This document shows, piece by piece, positions 61,271 to 64,000 of a stretch of 64,000 nucleotides of DNA. Within the stretch, counting starts at the first letter, position 1. The number at the start of each line of letters is the position of its first letter. A model generated the notes under the pieces. It had not been told where the DNA came from. It did no database searches and was given only the letters and a program-made list of their open reading frames with translations. The stretch lies in contig CAVSGO010000006.1 in NCBI GenBank assembly GCA_963727525.1, positions 314,182 to 378,181 on the forward strand, written 5' to 3'. Origin of the DNA: an uncultured bacterium (GTDB lineage: Bacteria; Krumholzibacteriota; Krumholzibacteriia; LZORAL124-64-63). A program made the translations under genes and the position numbers.

Positions 61271-64000
61271 ATGATCGGTCGTTCTCGGTCTCTCGGGCCT
61301 CTCGCCGCACGTGCCTTGCTGCTCATGGGAATCTGGGGGGGGGGCAGTCTTGGTTTCCCCGCAACCGGCGCACGCTAACGCGGAAACCGGCGAGATCAAC
61401 GCGAAATTCGTCTTCATCGCCTTTCCCGACCGCGACTTCATCCAGACCGACCTGCCTCCCGGCTCCTCGTGCAACGAGGCCCTCGTCGACACGAGCCTCG
61501 AGAACGCCGTCGCCGATGTCGTCACCGACGCCGCGGCGACCATGGTGGACTCGGTCAGGATCTACATGGACGCGATCACTCTCGGCGCCCTCCACTACGG
61601 CGCAACGACCGACATTCTCCTTCCTCCGGGCGAGAGCCTCGACGGCGATGGCATCGCAAACACCTGGATGGCGGACACGTGCGCCGTGGTCTACCGCAAC
61701 GACGGCGACTGCCTGGCTCTTTCCTCTGCCTACGAGCAGACGTGGCAGCCGCGCACGGGAGCGTGGCGGACGCCCAATAGCGCGAGCACGCTGCATACCG
61801 AGATCCTGTGGAAGATCTGGAATGCTTACAAGGATGTCGACCCTGATAAGTTGTTAGGCGTCAACCGACTCTACTTCATATATCTGACGCTCGACTCCCC
61901 GGCCGGCGGAGCGACGGGCGGCACCGCCGGCCTCGCCTACACCATTCCGGACGGCAGCGACGCCAGTCCATTCTTCGCGCCAATTACGGGACACAACGTC
62001 CAGGTAGAGATGGACACGCGGGAGTGGCCCACGAGCGCCGCGTTCAATCCTCACCGTGCCGCAGCCGGCGCTCTGCACGAGATCGGCCACACCCAGGGCA
62101 TGCACGACGGACCGCCAGGCCTCCTTGGTCTCGAAGGTGCCGACGATCTCGGTCGCTACTACTTCGGCGTGTTGAACCTCATGTGTCAACACTTCCACGT
62201 CGGCCACGGGATCCCGCCCTGGGGCCTGAACTGGCTGGCGCAGACGGGGTGGGTCGACGTTGTCGATTTCACGGGCCAGAACCTGATCGGTGAGAAGGTG
62301 TACGACATCCGATTGAACAACGGAACGCACAAGGGAAAGATCTACAGTTACACGGCGACGAATAGCGCGGGTGCGACCCAGCAGTTCTACTTCGCGTTCC
62401 ACGCGGGGGAGGGCATCGACGGCCAGCCGCGTCCCGACACCGGCGGTCCCCTGGTGCCGTCGCAAGGCCTGGAGATCATGCACTGCGTCGGCAACAGTAC
62501 CGTGGATCTGGAGTCCGCCTTCGGACGCTACGACATTTCCCAGACAACGATGCCAGCAGACGTCACGCACCATCCGACGCCCGATTGGGGCGTGCCCGAC
62601 CCCGTCAGCGGTTTCGACAACTACGACATGTGGCGTACCGACTCCGACGGTCGTCGGGATATCAACCGGTACAATACCTACGAGGGCGACATCTTCGACT
62701 TCTTCCGCATCGACCTCCCCTGCCAGGAAGGCGACGACGATTGCTGGAACAAGTCCGAGTTCTCGTACCGTTCGAACCCGAGCAGCTTCCTGTACCAGAG
62801 CGCGGATTCGACCGACTACCGCCTCAACCCCCAGAACGAGCCCACGTCGCTGATCGTCCGCATTCGCCAGCAGTACAACGGCCCCGACCAGAACGAGCAG
62901 GGCGACCCCCGGATGGTCGTCGACTTCCTCTCGGCACCCTTCGATAGCCTGCTCGGCCCCGCGCCGGGGACCTATGCTCCCAATACCATGATATCCGTCG
63001 ATTGGGACACGGCTTATAGCGACGTCATCAACGCCGTGGACATCGACTACTCGCGCTTCGGCGGCACGAGCTGGAGCCGCCTGGTGACCGGCCACCCCGT
63101 CACGCCCGGGATCCCGAGCTTCGACGTCCAGCTCGATCCGTCAATGGCAGGCGCGGAGTGCACCTTCCGGGTCACCTACCACAACTCGCTGTCACAATAC
63201 ACAGCGACCTCGGAGCTGCCTTGGACCTTTACCGTCAGCGGGGACGCCTACGAAGCAGAGGACATCCTCGAGCCGACGCCAGAGAGTATGGCGTTCACGG
63301 GTGACAGCGCCACGGTGACCTGGACCGACCACTACTGGCAGGACACCTCGAATGTGAGGCTGCATGTCCTGGCGCCAGGCTGGCAGGGCGATTTCGAGGT
63401 GAGAGATTTCGACAGCCCCATCGTCCACGACGCACAGACCCAGCGCTCCACGGCGACCTGGCGCCCTCAACCCGAGGACATCCGCCCGGATATGCGTGTC
63501 TTCCTGGAATTCGTCCTGACCGACGGCGACACGACGTACTCTGTTCCCACCGCGGCCTTCCCGGTCTACCCCCTCGGCGCCACCTTCGAAGACAGCACCA
63601 CGACCGCCGTCGACCCGGGCGACTGGTACACCTGTACCCCTTACAGTGTTGTGAGCCGCGATTTGGTGAGCCAGGCCGGCCCCCCGGACGGCCGGGCGGA
63701 CTTCATGGTCACGGCTTGGGAGGGAGACCCAAGTGAGCTCGGTAGGTCGCAGTTGTATAGCAGCAGCGGGACGCCCAATAGCGGCGTCCACTTCGACCGG
63801 CTCGGGCCACACGACTTCCCGTCCGGTTCTCTGGCCAGCTCCATTGCCGGAGCCGCGTGTGGTGATTACGACCAGGATGGTCTCGAAGATATTTTCGCCA
63901 CCCGTAATGGCCAGCAACCGAAACTGCTTCACAACGATGGTGGCAGCGTCACAACGGTCACGGATCTATCGACGATCTTTGGGAACACGGCGCTTCTAGA
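61271..64000 (+). CDS. large secreted zinc metalloprotease (M6/immune-inhibitor-A-like) with Ig and FG-GAP repeats; out of frame at a G10 tract; runs off the window
   Basis: Frame open from 61344 to the window end; 'HEIGHTQGMHD' at 62076; FG-GAP 'GDYDQDGLEDIF...LLHNDG' at 63861; signal peptide from ATG 61271 joins this frame if G10 (61335-61344) is G9. Confidence 0.8.

Noticed and set aside
61376-61378. Stop-codon readthrough or recoding
   Set aside because: The stop is TAA and the long coding region lies in a different frame, so a frameshift at G10 explains it
61854-63932. Minus-strand ORFs of 413 and 246 aa
   Set aside because: Antisense to the open metalloprotease frame, which carries recognisable motifs

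Overview
GC-rich (about 65-70% by eye), gene-dense bacterial chromosome. It probably comes from an FCB-associated candidate phylum such as Krumholzibacteriota, Latescibacterota or Eisenbacteria; this is an inference from five secreted proteins with a 'PNPFN...YD..GR.VRTL...WDG' FlgD-Ig/T9SS-like C-terminal domain and two with a short 'W[GS]xVKxL[FY]x' tail. Contents: (1) a nonulosonic (legionaminic/sialic-type) acid and surface-glycan cluster, split by a ~4.7 kb accessory interval that begins with what looks like an internally deleted integron-integrase remnant; (2) purU; (3) a 19-heme CbcL-like cytochrome c/b fusion with an internal duplication; (4) many secreted proteins and lipoproteins, including three S8 peptidases; (5) a tight four-gene operon encoding a cohesin-like protein, a TPR lipoprotein, a lipoprotein resembling a stand-alone protease propeptide, and an S8 protease with a dockerin; (6) cydAB, argE, a GNAT-C39 plus RLAN-RimK peptide-ligase pair and a TonB-dependent receptor; (7) sucA-sucB separated from lpdA by an ABC pair and other genes; (8) at the right edge, a large HExxH metalloprotease/FG-GAP gene missing from the ORF track, whose signal peptide is out of frame at a G10 tract. 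No tRNA, rRNA, CRISPR array or intact IS was recognised. All family calls come from motif recognition; no database search was run.
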